Source: Kondoa subrosea
Taxonomy: Eukaryota
Direction of reading: 5' to 3'
DNA: 64,000 nucleotides
Assembly: GCA_039545335.1 (NCBI GenBank)
Contig: BCIN01000002.1
Coordinates: 2,696,678 to 2,760,677 of the forward strand
The stretch's first letter is position 1, and the number at the start of each line of letters is the position of its first letter. The translations under genes were made by a program, and so were the position numbers. Positions 40,261-53,385 of the stretch are shown piece by piece. Below the pieces are notes generated by a model. It was not told the DNA's origin. It searched no databases and was given only the letters and a program-made list of their open reading frames with translations.

Positions 40261-41516
40261 ATGGCACTTCATCTCTTGGATCTACCCAGCGAACTTCTCT
40301 TACACATTCTTGGTTTCGTGCGGCCTTCGCAGCAAGTACAATACCTTCATGTGTGCAGAACTTTTCGCGATCTTTTGCTCGCCGGCCTATTCTATGAAGA
40401 TATTCGTTTCTACTCTCCTCGTAATCTCTCAGGCTTTCGCAAGCATACCAAGGATAAGAGGGTCAATGTCAAAATATTGGACTTTGCAGCACAAGAGGAC
40501 CGAAATCACGGAAACTCCTGGGACGAGGACAGAGTTGGAGAATGGGTTGCAAATGACGAAGTACTGAATGTCGCTCTAGAAGAAGCCTATGTTGTCCTTC
40601 TGCGTCAATTGCCAAGATTGCATTCTCTGCTTTCGTACCCTGTTTCAATTTTCCGAAGGACTCAAATCTTGAACGCCCTGCAATTCAGCAACTTGACGTG
40701 CTTATCATTCCTCTCTACAAGATACGATGAACACATTCCCACTTACCAAAAAGATTCGTTTCATAGTCCAAATCTGACAGACTGGTATTATCTTCTACAA
40801 GTTCCTACCCTTACGCACGTTTATATCAACACCCATGAATCTCTTCCTGAGGACTTATATGTCCGGAAGAGCCTCAAGTCGCCGATTGAAAGCGTCACCA
40901 TTTGGTTTTCAAGCTTGAAGCGTGGTCAATTATCTCGTTTCCTGTATGCCTTCACTACACCTCTCAAGTCATTCACGATGCAATGCCTCAATCCTGAAAA
41001 TCTGGACGATCTCAACATCACCCTCAGAAATTGCGGAACGGAATTAGAAAACCTCTCATTATCCGATTTCTCAGGTTCAGATGACCTGCAATCAAGTTTT
41101 CCGGCAATCGATTACCTAAAATATATGCCCAGGCTAAAGGTGCTACGAATCGATGGGTCCTATATTACTCGCGAAACTATTATCTCGCCAGCGTCAAAAC
41201 ATCTGCATACAATTCAACTCTACAATGTTGGGATCACTTGTCTGCCACAAATCAGCGCTGCTATAAAATCGTGGACGAGCGTTAGACACCTGTATCTCCT
41301 GGAATTGCGTGTAATGGGTCGGGAAGATCAAGCTCATATAGAAGTGCGTATCTGTCTTTCTGGCCAGAGAGGATCGTCAATTTCATACAAGGTACACAGT
41401 CATTATGCAAGCATGGCAAGATTCAACTAAACGATGGATTCGCGCCGGAAGCACCTTGGCCGGGAGAGGTAAATTCAACAACCTCTTCTACATTTGGCTT
41501 GAAGTTGACTAAATGA
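40261..41516 (+). CDS. F-box / LRR protein
   Basis: LLDLPSELLLHILGFV...LHVCRTFR F-box and LRR-like LPRLHSL/MPRLKVL. Probable terminal intron after 41343. Confidence 0.75.
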
Positions 41517-41783
41517 ACGTGCTCCTAGATGAGCGATATTGATTATGACAAGCAAAGAACCTTTCAAGAGCCAGGTTGTCATATTCGACCAAGATAGCAA
41601 AAGCAGATCGTCTGACCATGATAAGGGAGTTGCGCGAACATTGCTTGCTGTCTTGAATACAATAACACGCGAGCATCATGCAGTCACAAAGATTTTTAGC
41701 AGCATCAATTCTTGGTGAGATTAATGTATCGTCAATTGCATATCGTTGCCTGTTGCACATGAGCGACGACAGACGACAACAAG

Positions 41784-42656
41784 ATGAATACCAAAGATTT
41801 TGAGATACCCACTGACAAGAAGCCTATCCAAGGCAGCGTCTATACTCGCGAAGGCGTCGAATTCAAGTCGGTCTTATGTATTTCTCACGGAGCTGGTGGA
41901 ACGAAAGATTCTCCAGCGATGGTTCAATGGATACAAGGCAGTACAACTTCACTACCTGTATGTGCTTTCAATGGCAACATGAACCTCAAATCTCGCGTGA
42001 AACACTTTCAAGCCCTTGTCGAACATTTGGTCTCAGAGGATGCTGATAGATCTATCATACTTGCTGGAAGATCAATGGGAGCTAGAGCAGCCTGTACCCT
42101 TTACAATGACCAATCTGCGACTTCTTCCCTATCGAGTAGAATAGTCTTACAGTCCTACCCTCTCCAAAATAAGAAACCAGACCCCTCACGAGCAGAACTC
42201 TTACTTTCTTTACCTGAAACAGCTCAAGTGCTCTTCGTTGCTGGTACAAGGGATGAAATGCTAGATCTAGAAGGAGAGTTTGTAGATCTTCGGGAAGAAG
42301 TGAAAGCCGACACTTGGTTGATGAGAGTTCAAGGAGCGAATCATGGGATGGAAGTGTTGGGAGGAGCTAAAGTAACAAGCTCAATACGAGAAAGAGTTGG
42401 GCAATTGATCGGGGAATGGTCAATAGCTGAGAAATTGCCTGAAGGAAGAGAGAGTAGGATAGCGTGGAAGGATGAAGACACCGTGTGGTCAGGCTGGGTC
42501 AACGACTTGGCCAAAGAGGCAGAAGGTGAGGATGAGGTAGAGAGCGATCGGGCAAAAGCAGCGCGTCAGACGAAAAGGAAGAAAGCAAATGTAGACAAAG
42601 ACGATGTAGAGGATCGCGAATTAACACCGAAAACAAAGCGCGCCAGGCGTTCTTGA
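41784..42656 (+). CDS. Alpha/beta hydrolase, KANL3/Tex30-like
   Basis: HGAGG, GRSMGAR, SYPL, LFVAGTRD, ANHGM; intronless, with a basic NLS-like tail. Confidence 0.75.
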   Translation: MNTKDFEIPTDKKPIQGSVYTREGVEFKSVLCISHGAGGTKDSPAMVQWIQGSTTSLPVCAFNGNMNLKSRVKHFQALVEHLVSEDADRSIILAGRSMGARAACTLYNDQSATSSLSSRIVLQSYPLQNKKPDPSRAELLLSLPETAQVLFVAGTRDEMLDLEGEFVDLREEVKADTWLMRVQGANHGMEVLGGAKVTSSIRERVGQLIGEWSIAEKLPEGRESRIAWKDEDTVWSGWVNDLAKEAEGEDEVESDRAKAARQTKRKKANVDKDDVEDRELTPKTKRARRS

Positions 42657-42692
42657 ACCTGATTTCCAACGCTGTACATCAAGTTCTTCCCT

Positions 42693-43921
42693 TCACTGCA
42701 TACGATTCTTGTGATGGACGCGATGCGTGTTCTTAGCTTTGCGAGTCTTGGTTGGTTTGGCTGAAATGGGTTTACGAGTGGTGGCCGGCTTAGTGGAAGG
42801 AATCAGAGTCGCAGGAGATGGAAGAGCAGCGTTGCCAAAAGATGAGACGCAAGTTTCGCTTGATTGACCAGCTTGATAACCAGTAAAGATTTCGATAGAT
42901 TTGACAAATGTATTGGAGTTCTGCTTTGGTGGACCAGCAGACCAGCCTGGATCGCCGTTGGACCACGCATTGACAATGAAAGAAGAAGCGATCTGAGGTA
43001 CGTTCTGAGTGTATTCTTTCTGCAGTTTCCCACTACAGAAATGTATAAGTATACAGCGGGAAGCCTCTTGACACGAGAAGACTCACTCGATGTAGAAGCT
43101 AGTCTTGCTAGGCTGCCAGTCAAAGCGATACTCATGATAATCTTGACTAGGATCGAAGCCAAAGGGGACCGGATTAGCTGTTTTAGGCGCCCCTTCAGAA
43201 GCCGGTTGATTCGTTGCCCAGATGCCCGCAGGAATATGAGGCGCATCAACACCTGGCTTCAATGTCGTAGCAGTCAAGATTTCCCCTAAACATGATGTTA
43301 GTACCAAGACTTAAGGATCGGCAAATGGGTCTCACAATCAATCTCATTCTGATCATTCTTGTACGTAAACATTCCTTCGCATACTCCAGGAGTGCTAGAA
43401 CTCTTGAGAACAGTCCTAAAAGATCCATACAACATTTGATCTCTGCTGCTAATTTGAGCACTAGGCAGGATAGGGCTGGAGAAGGACAAAAGTTGTGTGA
43501 ATGAGCTTTCATATCAATGCTTTGCTGGAGATGTACTGACCCAGCCTGTGCCCGAACGGTGAGTTGAAGCGCTCCATTAATCAACCCAATCGTGTCGGGC
43601 TGAAAAGAAGCGCCTAGAGATTCGACTACATAGTTGTCAATACCTTGAGAATCAATATGAGCGGGTGAATTAAATCTTGACAAAAGGCTGAAGACCTCAC
43701 CAAAACCGACTGCATTCAATTTGGCAGCTGCATTATCCCCTTGTTTAGCTGTAGAGAAGTCCGCGACAAGATGTTTCGAGCTTGTCATGTCATCAGACAT
43801 GTTCAGCAATGGTGACTCAAATGTACACTCACTATGAACCAGCTAAGTTCGGGATTGAGCATGCTCCTAAAGCGTTCTGCGCCAGCGCAAGTACAGCAAG
43901 TGAAATCAAAAGATGAGGCAT
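42693..43921 (-). CDS. Secreted glycoside hydrolase family 16
   Basis: Signal peptide MPHLLISLAVLALAQNALG, YGSFR, catalytic EIDWE formed across an intron, YHEYRFDW, WSNGDPGWSAGPP. Confidence 0.85.
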
Positions 43922-44485
43922 GGTTGAGTGAAGGAGAGGGAAGAAAGAGAATAGAAACAAAAAGAACAAGTCTTTGAACAGTCATACATAGAAACTGAAC
44001 AGTACTAGCGACAGATTAACGTTTCAGTTGCAAAGACCCGAATGCGTTAGGGTCCAGGCCCAGCGTTTCATGAGCACGAGAGTAAAAGAGAAGCAAGAGA
44101 ACAGCAACAGGCTGATGTAAGCGCTACAGGAGGACCTCTGAGCGTTCGAGCGAAGCACAAGAAGTTTCGGAAGCGAAAGATGGAGACAGCTCCAAAGCGA
44201 CAAGACAACTTCTCGCCTTGTAAGCGTATTTCTGGAAGTCCCGATGAAGGACTCTGACTGCAGTCTGAAGAGTCTGCTTGCGGGCTGCCCCAAACGCCGC
44301 TGGGGCACTAGATTACGTAATATTCAGATCTTTCTGGTTTCGAGTGAGTTAAGGCTTATGGTATCTGCGCATAGTTGATATCTTTGTGAATTGTCATGAG
44401 CCTGTCGCAAGCGAAGTGGTAGCTTGGTTCAGGTCAAGAGGCCATTTTTTCCTCTTTCTTTTTCCGAGGCAGCGATCAAGTCAAT

Positions 44486-45563
44486 ATGGGACTAGCAGAC
44501 AGCAATGTGCGGAAGCAGAAGATTGGGGAGTACGTAGCTGTACATTCTTTCACGTTCCATTACTGATCGGCTGAGCAGAGATCCGCGAAACACAAAAGTA
44601 CTTGTCTTATTGGAAGTCGCTTCGTACATAGCTGATTAGCGCGGCACTAGTGGCTCATGGATAAGGAAAGACCAGGATTCAAGTTATTGGAGAAGATGGG
44701 TTGGAAATCAGATGCCAATCCTTATGCACTCACTTCAGATTCGCCCGTTCGTTTCCTGCCCTACATTTCTCACTTTGTACAAATTTCTGATGCGATACTC
44801 AACTCGTTTTTAGTCAAGGAAAGCTTTCTCAGTCTTGCCTAAAGTTAAAGACGATACAATGGGTATAGGCGCAAAGGGAGGAGGACCATCAGCTTCTTCT
44901 GTGTTCAGTCAATTCGGTTCAAAAGGACTCAGATTCGTCACTGCTAGCAAAGATGGTTCGGCTTTGGTTGCTGCTGCTAAAGCCAACAAAACGGAAGGTG
45001 GTCATTTTGCCGACTTGCTTTCCAGATTAAACAAAGCTGCAGAAAAGAAGGTTGAAGCGAAAGAAGCGGTCGCCCAAGAAGAAAAAGTAGAAGCAGCGGA
45101 AGAAGAGGAGAAAGTTAGCAGAAAAGGGAAGAGGAAAGCCAGGGATCAAGATGTGAATGTCGAAAGCACGGAAACTGAAAGTAAAGCGGAACGAAAAGCG
45201 AGAAAGAAGGCCAAGAAAGCTGCTTTAGCTGCAGCGGAGAGTGCTGTACAAGAAGCGGTTGAAGATTTGCAACAAGCTATCGTGGAAGAACCAGTCAAAG
45301 CACAAGAAGTTGTACCTCAGCCTGTAGTCAAAGCAGCCATCATCTCTCGCAATGCGTTAGTCCTCCTTGGTAGTCGTTCGATGCGGCAAATGCTCATTCT
45401 CAGCGTGTAGATCGCGAGCAAAGTATCGCAGAGCAAAAGGCATGGTTTCAAAAGAGGACATGGCTGGCATCTGTAAGCTCATTCCGACAATCATTACGAA
45501 CACACAACTGATTCATTATCAGTGGGCGTACCGGTCGCTTCTCTGCCTGCCCCGACATCCTAG
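44486..45563 (+). CDS. PXR1: G-patch protein Pxr1/Gno1 (PINX1)
   Basis: MGLA..RKQKIG.DPRNT.W, GFKLLEKMGW, KDDTMGIGA, Lys/Glu-rich tail. Confidence 0.8.
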
Positions 45564-45621
45564 CTTTTGCATAGGAAGGAGAAGTGCTCAAACCCCCGAT
45601 CTAAAGTACTAGCATAACATT

Positions 45622-47783
45622 TTATATACCTGCATTTGCATTGCCATTCTCCCCTACAGGCCGTTCCAATTGATCCATTGCTTCCTCCCACCCCTCCCAA
45701 TTCGCTTCAGCCCAAGTTGGTAATTCCTTGCTTTCATAATCCCATCCTCCGATTTCACTGCTATATCTTTTCGCATGCAACCAAATACAAAGTTGATTCG
45801 GTTTCGGATCAGGTAGTAGAGGCACACCACAGACTTTACAATATTCACCATGTTCATCTTTGGCCAATATACTTTGATTCGAGTCAGCTGAAGCAGAAGA
45901 AGGCGAGAAATCCAAGGCAAAATCTCGATATCGAGCTTGACCATCAACTCCATCCTTGGTTTTCCTCAATTCAGTAATCGCGGTCCTCAATTGTGGACTT
46001 AAAGGGATCGTCGCGGAAGTTTCCATGTTTTCTTTGGTTGGTAAACCTTTTGGGTTTTTATTCATTGGAGTAGGATGTGAAGCTGTTGAGAGTGTGATTG
46101 ATGAGAAATGCGCAAGAGCCCGAGATTCCGCTTCTGGATCTGGGTCAAGTAAGACACCACCTTTGGCTTTTGATTTACCCCAGGCTATGGAGCTGTTGTA
46201 GAGAGGATCCTATACAAAGATAGTCAGTAATTGATTATTAGACGAAAAGACAAGACAGACATTGACTATCGGGTAGCCCAGAAATTGCAGATGCACTCGA
46301 ATTTGATGAGTTCTTCCTGTGAACGGTCGACCTGCACGGCACGAAATCTCAGAATGTCTGGTCGAGAAATCATGATGGGTTTTCTCACAATGAATGACAC
46401 TTGTATCACTTTCTTTATGGTACGACATTCGCTTGAAGATCGTCTTTGCGTGTCGGCCTTCAGGGTGTACAATATTGATGCCTATTTGTCTATAGGGTAG
46501 AGATGCATACTCAGCAGTGAAATTTGCTAAGTACTACCCTAACCGCACCGATCGATAGACATAAGCGGTTCTTCGCAAATAATCTCCTGTCTGTGCTCAT
46601 TCAGCTGCGCAATCAATCGGAGATGGACACAGACTCACTCAGGGAAACATCCGACAGCCCGACAGACATATTCTTTCTTGACCGCACCTTCAGTCGCAAA
46701 CAGGTCCGCTATAGTTCGAGCTGTTTCTTTCTTCGTTGCACAGAACATGATCCCACTGGTAAGTCGGTCCAAACGATTGGCAGCTATTGATACTATTAGC
46801 TTGTCCACGATCCAGCGAAAAGAAGACAAACTGACTTCCGATAAAGGGGAAATCATGTTCATGCCGTAACACTTCTAGTAAAGTATTGAACCTATATCTG
46901 CCCGTTGCATGTACCTGCCAAGAGATGAATAACGAGCACAATGATTTTCGCGTTAGCGGGCAAGGGAAAAAAGCTCACAGGCATGCTACCAGGTTTCTCT
47001 ACTACCAGAATACCTTTCTCATCATCTCTGAAATGAATCTTGACAGGATCACCAATAACTGGTGGTTCATGTCTGTGAACTATATTGCGTATCAGATCGC
47101 TGTTCTTGAGTACTGTTTCACCCGAAACGATTTGACCATTTAGCGTTATAGTGCCTTGTTTGATTGCGTGTTCCTATTTCCAATCAGTATGTTAGTACGA
47201 GTACGTGAAGCACCGTAAATGTAGTACATAGTAGGCCTCTGAGCGATCTCTGATCCAACAACCTAAGCAATCAGAAACCAACCAAAATTTCAGTGAAAGC
47301 ATTGATATTAGCTTGCCTGAAATCTATACGGACTGTGTTGCTTAACCAGAACCAATCAATGAGAGATCTACAGAGAGCGAAGATCGACAGAGCTTACAGA
47401 CGTCTATGAGCGTTCGACCAAGCCAACGCTCTTTCGCAAATGTTTCGTGTACAAAGCTTGATGCAAAGCTAAATCAATAATGGAAGGAGCTGTAACGGCA
47501 CAAAAACCGACGTATATGGTACTATTTTACGTCTGCAGACCAATCAGTAAGAAAATGTCCAATATTGTGCCGATACTTTCGCATGATAAGATGGAAGGCA
47601 GGAAGAAGAAGATGAAGAAGAAGACAGAAACCGCTCAGAAGCTCATGATGCGTCGCAACAGTAGCAGAATAGAGGGTGGGCAAAGAAGTTTAGGACTCAC
47701 AAACCATGCTCAAAGTAATATTCAACCTTTTGCTCTACGAAATCTGCTGCATCTCTGTCGCGAGTCAGATGCGGCTTGCCCAT
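45622..47783 (-). CDS. RluA-family pseudouridine synthase (Pus9/Rib2-like)
   Basis: [44 protein letters not shown] (catalytic Asp), [11 protein letters not shown]. Confidence 0.9.
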
Positions 47784-47981
47784 TCCCTTCTCGCTGTTTG
47801 TACTATTGCGAATGGAAACCCATTATGCTGCTGTGTCGCCGTAGCAGTGTAAGCATCATTCCTTGCTCTCGACCACGAGGTCATATCCAGCTGAAACTAT
47901 ACCCGCGCGAGCAAATACCTCTAGACCTGCGCAACTGGTGGTATCATTCCAGGCGAGAGCTCATTCAGGAGCCAGTAGAGA

Positions 47982-50532
47982 ATGAAGGTCAGCGACGACA
48001 GAAGTGCTATTCGGTAGCAAGAGCTAACGATCAGTCTTTTTCGGGCGTGACAGCATCTTCTGGAAGCGATAGACAACTTTAGCAGAAACGCAAATCAGCG
48101 AAGTCATGGAACTATTGTCGAGCTTAAGCAACTTGTAGCAGAAATACGCGAGGGGACAGTAAGCGCCTACTTGGATCAGAAACAGCCGATTGAGCTCATG
48201 CAAAGGCTGTCTAGGACGAGAAGAACAATGTACAAGAGTTCTACGATACTTTGGAACGAGTGGTTAATGAGATTCGCAGCATGACTGTGAGTATAATAAT
48301 CCATAAGAGGAAAGGTTAGCTCATCAAGACGGCAATAGGAACACTCTGCTGCTTTCTTGCAACGTGTGCGAAAAGCAGAAGCACCTAATTACTACGAGGG
48401 TGAGCTGCTCTCAATGAGTTATCATCACCGCCTGTTGCTAATCTATACAAATAGTCATCAAGAAACCCATGGACCTAGGAACCGTTCTAAAGAAAGTCAA
48501 GACGCAACAATACAAGGACAAGAAAGCCTTTGCCGATGATATGACTTTGATTTGGGATAATTGCCTGGAGTACAATTCTTATGTTGAACATCCTTTACGA
48601 CGCTCAGCAAACATCTTGCGTCAACGGACCGATCACCTCTTACAATTTGTCAATGACTTGCCTGTGAAACCTGTTCGAGCTGGATCGGTATCGAAAGATG
48701 ACGAGGGGGATTTAGATGCTGAGGGAGATACAGACGAAGAAGCAGACGAAACTGACAAGACTCGAAAAGGAACTGCAAGTAGGAAACGCAACTACGCAAG
48801 AGCTGGAACAGCAGAAGAAGAGAAACCGAAACGAGAACCATCCTTTTTATCAAGGGAAGTGTCTATGGATATAGCTGATGGAGAAACATCGACTAGGGAA
48901 ACACCAGATCGCTCATCTCGTTCTCCCTCTGTCTTGCCTCAGAACAAGAAGAGGAAGTTGTTGACAGCTAGAACTGATCTGTTGCCTTTTGAAGAAAGAC
49001 CTGCATTGATTCGATCAAGTCAAGGAATGACAAGATGGCAGATGATGGAAATGACTCATCCTATTGCTTCTTCTTCAGCTTATACTCTAGATCATCCACC
49101 TCCTGCTTCTTCAACTCCAAAACTTTCAGTCGAATTGAAGAAACCTTTACCTTTGGCTGTGCAACAATTGACTGGCAAACCTTCAATACCTCTACCTGAT
49201 ACTCTGGTGGATGGTGAAACTGCTCAGGATGAGGATAGTCTGTGGTGGGAAGCGATAAGCAAGGAGGAATTGTTGGTGAACGCTCTACCAAGGGTCCCTT
49301 TTCCGGATTTTGCGCAGGAAGAGAGGGAGGAAGTGTCGTCAAGGTGAGTGTTGAACAACTTTGACCCAATATGCTTGGTTCACGAGTTGTTTATACGCAC
49401 AGATCAAGGCAAAGTCGTTTATCTAAAGCTATAAGCAAGAATATTGGCAAGATGAATAGGATTAAGCAGCTCAATATAGATCTTCTAAGTTATACAGAGT
49501 CCTTATCGGTATGCTTCGATCCATTTATGCAGATTCTGTTAGCTGATGTTCAAAGCAGGAAGGAGAAGTTGGTCCTTCAAATGCAGATAAACCTGTACCG
49601 CCGCCTCACATTCAGATACCAACCTCTTCGAAAGACTCTACAGCGATTTATCAGAGTATAATCGCATCAGACGCGGCGTATACAGATGCTCAATATGTCG
49701 CATCTGTTCTAGCCAGTCATGCCGGCTTTGATGGTATGTGATTGTTTAATCTTCTACTTCTTGGTTGCTACTCAAATGAGGAACGGCAGCTGCTCATCGT
49801 CAACCTCTCACTATGCTTGCTGGACTAACATTGAGCTATATTCAAACTGTCGGCCAAACCTTTCAATTCCTGATAGATCAATTTGGATTGGAGTGGACGC
49901 CTGAAGTGAGTCTTTCCACTCCGAAAGGATCTGTAAAGTCATTGACGGCAACGGTGAAGGATCTTGCAACCCAAGCGCTTGGGAACAACGGTGTTGCATC
50001 AGTGAACGACCTGCAAGACTATATTACGGAAACGGTTCGCGGTCATGGTCGAAGTCTGAATACTCTGCAGGTCAAATTAGATCAGGCTAGGCGGGACCAA
50101 TTAGCTGGTTTGTTGGATAAGAAAACGGCGGATAAGAATGATAGCGCAGGGCAAGAAGAGACTCAAAGCAAGTATGTACTCGTCATCTCACTACTGTGTG
50201 ACCTCGCTGAAAATTGATCGCGCAGAGTCGAAACCAGGCAATTCTCACCTCCTCCAGCTCATGTTCCGCTGTCGACCGGAAATCCCCAGGATATCATCCC
50301 TTCTCAAATCGGCCTGCTTCAACCTTATCTGCAAGCGAGATCACAGACCGATTTTGGCCTTGCAGACGATGTCAATGTGGAGAACAAGCCCAAGGTGCAT
50401 CGCCCGAAAATGCTAGCGAATGGTCGAATACCTGTTCGACTAAGAAGACAGATCGAGAATCCGCCTGTCAGTCCAGCTAAGAAACCGGTCAAGAGTAAAA
50501 CTGCTGGTACTTCGACGGAGGCAAAGACTTGA
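47982..50532 (+). CDS. SPT7: SAGA bromodomain subunit Spt7
   Basis: [50 protein letters not shown] bromodomain, later histone-fold-like HAGFD segment. Confidence 0.85.
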
Positions 50533-50795
50533 TGTAATAACTTCATCCCAGAACATTGTTTCGATCTTCCTGCGTCCAGTGCTATCGCTCTGACTACGCA
50601 TTTCCTGAGAGTGCTCGAACTTTCTTCTCCAGCTGTTTAAGGTCTGGAATCTCTCCGGAGAAAAGGCGAAGGCAAACACGTGAAGGCAAAGACATTCCTA
50701 AATTGCATGACGTTTTTTGCCAAAGAGCTTAAGCTCGACCTTCCTTCTACGGGTCTTCTTTCCACACTACCTCGCACCTCGGACTATCTCCTAAA

Positions 50796-52532
50796 ATGCG
50801 TGTCACACTCCTCACTCTCCTCGCTGCCCAATTGGCTGTGGCATTCCCTCTAGTCAAAAGGCAATCCGAAGTGTTATCTTCCATCACTTCGGTGGTCACT
50901 GCAGTCATACCCACAAGTGTATCTGCACCATCAGCCCCACTACCTTCGGCTGTCTCCTCAGTAGCATCTCAAGCTTCTCAGGCGTCATCTCAAGTATTGA
51001 GCGCAACTTCAGTGGCTTCAAGCGAAATTAGCAGCGTGCAAGCATCAGCTCTGCCTTCCTCGGCCGCTGCATCTGCTCCTTCTGCTGCTCCATCTTTCTT
51101 CCCTGGAGAACGTGCTTATCCTTGCCCCAGTGGCACCAACCTGCTCTATGTGGAAACTCAGAGCAACTACAATGGTTTTTTGCAGGACCTGATCGCCTCT
51201 ACTGGAAACTTTGGAAACTCCTCGTGAGCTTATGATACTTCCTCTTACGCTTCCATCGATGTCTGATTATTCCTGTCGCTTAGGTTGTTCCAAATCTCAA
51301 ATGTTACAGGCCAGGATAACACTGTCGGCCAAACCCGTACAGTCATGATGTATGTCACTTTGCTTCGCTTCGGAGCTAATTCACGATCTGAGTGCCTTGT
51401 GATCAGTGACTCTGCCATGGCAAACGAAGTTCTCACCAACTACACTGTAAACGCTACTACCAACGCTGTCTACCTCACATGGAATGCGACAAGCGCAGTA
51501 ATGGTCAACGGTTTGACCGTTGGTGCTTGTGAGTAGTTGAACCTACGATGACTTTCTGCATGACATTCTGAAATTGAATTCTAGACGCTACCGAACAGCA
51601 AGTTTACATTAACGACACTGAAACCAGCCCTACTGCACCTGTTTCTACCGTCAAGTTGTTCTCCAACATTTGCGCCAGCAATGAAACTGCAGCTCAACCC
51701 TTCTTCCTCAATTTCTTCCAGCAAGCTATTATGAATGCTACAATGGTATGGAAAATCTGGAAATCTCAGAGACTATCACTAACTCAAACCATCTACTTTT
51801 AGGCTGCATCGGGCGCTATGCAATCTGGCGCTATGTCTATGTCGATGATGCCTTCTATGTCTATGCCTTCAATGTCCATGATGCCTTCAGCTCCAGTTTC
51901 TTCCGCCCTCTCTTCTGCAATTAGTTCAGCTGCCGCTGTTCTGCCTACCAATGCCGCTTCCAGCATTTCCTCAATGGCCAATTCTGCAGTACAATCAGCT
52001 TCAAGCGCTGCTTCTTCAGTAACTAGCGTTGGAGCAGTACCATCCGGAAATCTTCAGATCAACACACCTCCTTCCTTGGTCCAATGCCAACCCACATCAA
52101 TCACTTTCGGCGGAGGACAAGCTCCTTACTTCCTTTCCGTCTTGCCTGGAGGTCAGCCAACCGCAGCGCCACTACGTATGTCTCGTATTTCATGTGCACT
52201 TGCGTTGGCTCATGTCTGTGCTTCTCTCTAGTTCAATTTGCCCAGCAATCCACTGTACGTTCTGGCATCTTTAACTTGCGTCCTGTGAGCAAATGATTCT
52301 CATTCTTTAATACTAGGCCGGTTCCTACGTATGGAACACAAACATTGCCGCAGGAACTAGCGTGACTTTACAGGTTCGTAAATTTGTTGTTCATCATGAA
52401 TGTCTGGCTTAATTTCCGTCTCATTGAAAATAGGTTCGAGATGGTACAGGAGCAATCAACTTCTCTTCTCCCGTCACTATCCAATCTTCAAGCGACTCCT
52501 CCTGCCTTGCCGTTTCTACCAGCTCTGCTTAA
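50796..52532 (+). CDS. Secreted Ser/Ala-rich two-domain protein
   Basis: Signal peptide plus VKR, Ser/Ala linkers, Cys-containing central domain, Met-rich linker, C-terminal INTPPSLVQCQP...GGQAPYFL...VRDGTG..SDSSCL module. Confidence 0.75.
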
Positions 52533-52786
52533 TTGTATGAACAATAAGAAATAAAGGACAGTCATGGACACTATAGCCAAAATTACAGTATAGTTTCTTT
52601 GTAGATAGATACACGCTAATCAAAAGTAGTTGTTCATTCCTGTGCTCTTCTGGGCCTCCCGAAAGAATCAGTCTTATGCTGACTAAGCAATTTCCTGACC
52701 TTGTCTGAAATACACTTGTAGTCCGCGTACGGCTATCAGTCATGCTTCGCGATAAACTGCGCGTCATATCTTAGACAAGCCTTCGT

Positions 52787-53323
52787 ATGCAAGCGAAAGA
52801 ACTGATCTCCATTTATCGCGTTTTCTTGCGATATGAGAAAGCTGCTGTACATCATCAGACAGGAGCATTCAAGAGTCTGAAGCGTCTATATCGACCTATC
52901 TTTGATGATTGGAGACAGAACATTATACAGCAAGATCTGAGTAGTGAGCAATGGACGGAAATTCGAGTACAAAGTGAATCCTGCTCATCGCTTTCGAGCT
53001 GTACAAATTGCTAAGTAGTTACATTAGTACAGAACACTATTGATTTTCTGGCCGACGCTGCCAACAATCCAAGAGGACCAGCTCATAAACTTACTAAGAA
53101 CTTGGCTTCGATCAGCTACTTTCATAATCCGCCTTTCGGCTCAAAACCTTTCATAGCGGAAGAGAAGATGATGAGTAAATCTGCCAAGAAGAGAGCTTTG
53201 GCTGCAAAAGATGCAAGAGAAGCAAGGGCAGCATTAGAAGAAAGCATAAGAGAGGCTGAAAGAGAAAGGAATATCAAGCTGGGAATCATCAGGAGAACAA
53301 GGAAAGTTTGGTACGAGATGTGA
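52787..53323 (+). CDS. Small hypothetical protein, LYR/DUF1763-like
   Basis: ISIYRVFLR..AAVHH N-terminus; two exons join in frame through an intron at about 52973-53027. Confidence 0.5.
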
Positions 53324-53385
53324 AAGGAAATCGTGTATGTGCGATGAACGATTTGCCTTGTTTTCGGTGTATGATCCTGATACTA

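Noticed and set aside
44312..44321. ATTACGTAAT bZIP-like palindrome (also at 63808-63819)
   Set aside because: A short motif that also occurs inside introns; not distinguishable from chance without conservation data.
47480..48082. 200-aa plus-strand ORF
   Set aside because: Antisense to the PUS first exons and intron and spanning the promoter; SPT7 starts more plausibly at 47982.
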